NCBI GenBank assembly: GCA_951406725.2
Contig: OX597823.1
Coordinates: 39,122,001-39,186,000 of the forward strand
DNA: 64,000 nt
DNA from: Octopus vulgaris
Taxonomy: Eukaryota
Direction of reading: 5' to 3'
A program made the position numbers and the translations under genes. The notes beneath the pieces are model-generated. The model saw only the letters and a list, made by a program, of their open reading frames with translations, was not told the origin of the DNA and ran no database searches. Shown here piece by piece: positions 27,806 through 64,000 of this stretch. Each line of letters starts with the position of its first letter. The first letter of the stretch is position 1.

Positions 27806-28389
27806 GCCAATCAGTCAAGGACTCTTCTCTTGAAGTGGTCCAGGATATCTATGCGTGTGTAACAGCAACACTATCCCAGCTGTGGGAGCATTAAAGCTAC
27901 AGTATGAGCCTGACTTGAGCTTTGTAAGGAGTCAGTAATTGCTGACAAAAGATGGGATAGTCATGGCTGGAATTCCTTTGATTATTGGTCAACTCAGTCA
28001 AGAGATAACTTAAGGTTATTGAATAAAAGAGCAGTCTGGTAGTTTTGTGAACCAAGGATATAAAAGTATAAAAATCATAGTTGAGCTAGAGTCCATATAT
28101 GGATATTGGTGGGTTGTAGTTAGCTATTAGTATACAGATACTGATACCTGGAGGACTCTTGTATATGACATCATACTGAAAGGATCTCTATGTACAGATA
28201 CAGTGGACTAATCCTTTATGGAAACTATGTCATTTCAAGATTCACTGTATTACTTTAATCATTTCTGTATACATATATAGGGTAGTTTTTATTTTGTGCC
28301 TGAAGAAAAGCTCCCTCTTAAAATGTTTCACATACACACACACACACATACACACATTAATTAATGAAATTCCAACTTAGTCTGATTTC

Positions 28390-30262
28390 CAAGTTTTATT
28401 TTTTGCAATTTTTATAATTTTACAATATTTAAATAAACTAGTACTTTCATGCATCATGTAATCATCAGGTTTATGTAGTGACAAGCATGTTCCACAATTG
28501 ACATCTGCTAATTGTGGAACACGATTGTCACTACATAAACCTGATGATTGCATAACACGTGAAAGTACTAGGTTTATTTCAATATTGTAAAATTGTAAAA
28601 ATTGCAAATAATAAAAGGGGAAAATCAGACTAATTTGAATTTCATTGATTAATATAATCTTCTATATACACTTATATACTTATATATATATATATATGCA
28701 TATATATATTTATATATACACACACACAAACGTACACATACATATTTATGTTGCATTACATTATATTTCACAGATTTATTTTGTTATGAAAAAGAAACTG
28801 TGCTTTGTCATTTCATATGTTCTTCAGAAACTTGTAATATTTTGTGTCTGTAGATACAACATAAATTAATAAATAAATTCAAGACTTTTTCAGTGCAATT
28901 CTGAACAAATGAGCCAAAGTTAAATGTAGTATGGTGAGAATTAGGAAAGATAATATCAAAAAGTGAGTTCTTCATGGCTGATGGCATCAAAAGTTCACAT
29001 ACACACACACAAACACACACACACAGAAAGAGAGAGAGAGGGAAGGGGAGCGAGGGGGAAGGAGGGAGAGGTCTCCTTGATCATTGAATTAAGATTAACA
29101 GAAGCACTAGATAGTAATATTTTTTGAAGGTAAGTAGAAATAGAAGGTAAATTTACAAGTATGTGCCTCCCATAACCACAGAATTTAGCTTCTTTTTAAA
29201 AATGAAATTTAATGATATAATTTACTTTTAATAACAAGGATAAATTGTGTGTTTATCAAAAAAAAACAAAAAAAAAACAGGCTCCTAAATTCAATGTTTC
29301 AAAATGGCATCCACTGGTAAGAAATTAATTTACAGAGTTTCTATATATGGTAGACTTTATTTCAGAACTGTCTCAAAGACAGTTATCTGCCTCAGGTGGG
29401 TCTGGTGGGGTGAAAATTTATTTGCAATATGCATTGATTAGTTTTGTTACACATGATTTCGCATTGCTGTGGAAGAATCATCAATAACAAAAACCCAGTG
29501 TAATTATTATTATTATTACATTATTGTTGTTGATGTTATCACTTATGACAAAAAGCCAAATCACTGTTTATTGGTAAATGTCTCAGCTGTTTGCCATTTT
29601 ATTTCCATTCAGTCTTTAATTTATATACAAACTCACACACACATACAAGCATATACATGCACGCGCGCACACACACATATGTATATACACACACATATAC
29701 ATATATATATACACACGTACATATATATATATACATACATACATAATATACATACACACATATATATACATATATACATACATATATACACACACAGATA
29801 TATATACATATATATATACATAATACATATATATACACACAGATATATATACATATATATATATACATAATACATACATATTTATTTTTATACACATATA
29901 CATACATACTCACACATACATATCCATGCATACTTTCTCATTTTTTTTAGTTATTTTTAATTCTTTTACTACAAAAAGTCAATAAAATCTACAAACAAGT
30001 CCTTACAGCTCTCACCACCTTGTTACAGGTTGTCAAGTGCAAGAGGAAGGATGATAGTTTTTCAAATTATGCCATTTATATTTAAGAATTGGCCAATTCT
30101 TGATGGTATAATCCAGTTTTAATTTGCCCACCCCATTTGTTTGATAAGCACAGGGCTTCAAATAACTGACATTAAGGGGTTAGGGGTAATGTCAGCATGA
30201 ACAAAATATTTTGTTGATGTGGCCACTACTAATGGCTTCAGTCACAAGTCTTCAATCATAAA
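28390..30262 (-). other. Probable EGFR 3' UTR (3' end uncertain)
   Basis: Immediately downstream of the stop; several minus-strand AATAAA hexamers (plus-strand tttatt near 29567, 28573, 28396). Confidence 0.35.
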
Positions 30263-63321
<33,059 letters not shown>

Positions 63322-64000
63322 CTTGAAAAGAAGAGAGAAAATAATTATATTTAAATATTTGATAATTACAAGAAGTATTACTAAATATTGGTTTCAAATT
63401 CTGGCAAAAGGCCAACGATTTCAGGGGAGGGGATAAGCTGATTACATAAACCTCAGTGCTCAACTGGTACTTATTTTATTGACCCTAAAAGGATGAAAGG
63501 CAAATCTGACCCTGGAGGAATTTGAACTTAGAATGTACAGACAGATTAAAAGCTGCAAAGCAGTTTACCCGTGAGCTAACAATTCTGCTGAGTTGACACT
63601 TGAGAAGTATTACTAAATAAATTAGACATTTTTTCAGTGTGAGTGTTGCATAATATATCACTGATTCTGCTGACAGCTTATCATCTTTGTCATCATCACT
63701 CAACACCACTTAGCTTTCCCATGCTTGTATGCCAACAGATAGAATTTACCAAGGCAGATATTCTATGGTGGGATATCCTTCCTGTTGCTACCCCTCACTT
63801 GTTTCCAAGTAAGGTAATATTTCCCCATGACCAAACTTGGTATCATGGCAGATTAAAAATGAATAACATTGCTTGTATGATGGTGACACTGGTTTACAAC
63901 TGTCATGCAATGTCAAGATGAAGAGGCTGCATACACACACACGCACACGAAAGGCTTCTTGCAGTTTTTGTCTACCACATCCATTCAGAGGGCTTCAGTT

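Overview
AT-rich, microsatellite- and transposon-dense animal genomic DNA. The repeat spectrum suggests a mollusc, most likely Octopus (inference). The right half carries the 3' portion of an EGFR/ErbB receptor tyrosine kinase gene on the minus strand. I reconstructed 15 GT-AG exons with consistent phases (63321 down to the stop at 30263, about 800 codons), covering Cys-rich ectodomain repeats, the TM helix, an intact kinase and a tail ending NPEY...YYND...ETRV*. Six of these exons are absent from the ORF track. The 5' end of the gene lies beyond the window. The left half has no convincing host ORF, only candidate non-coding minus-strand exons. Decayed RTE, CR1-type, R4/Dong-type and Penelope-like retroelements, Tc1/mariners, a Helitron and tRNA-derived SINEs are scattered through the window. 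The most notable unexplained structure is a dispersed set of type I hammerhead-ribozyme motifs (CUGAnGA...GAAA-palindromic stem III-UH). Four of the seven loci are head-to-head inverted repeats with outward-facing ribozymes (14.0-14.4, 27.4-27.6, 39.2-39.8, 61.3-61.9 kb); the other three are solo copies (14.6, 51.2, 55.3 kb). One palindrome couples a tRNA-like Pol III head to the ribozyme, and a decayed Penelope-like RT lies next to the best-preserved palindrome. All calls were made by eye, and repeat boundaries are approximate.
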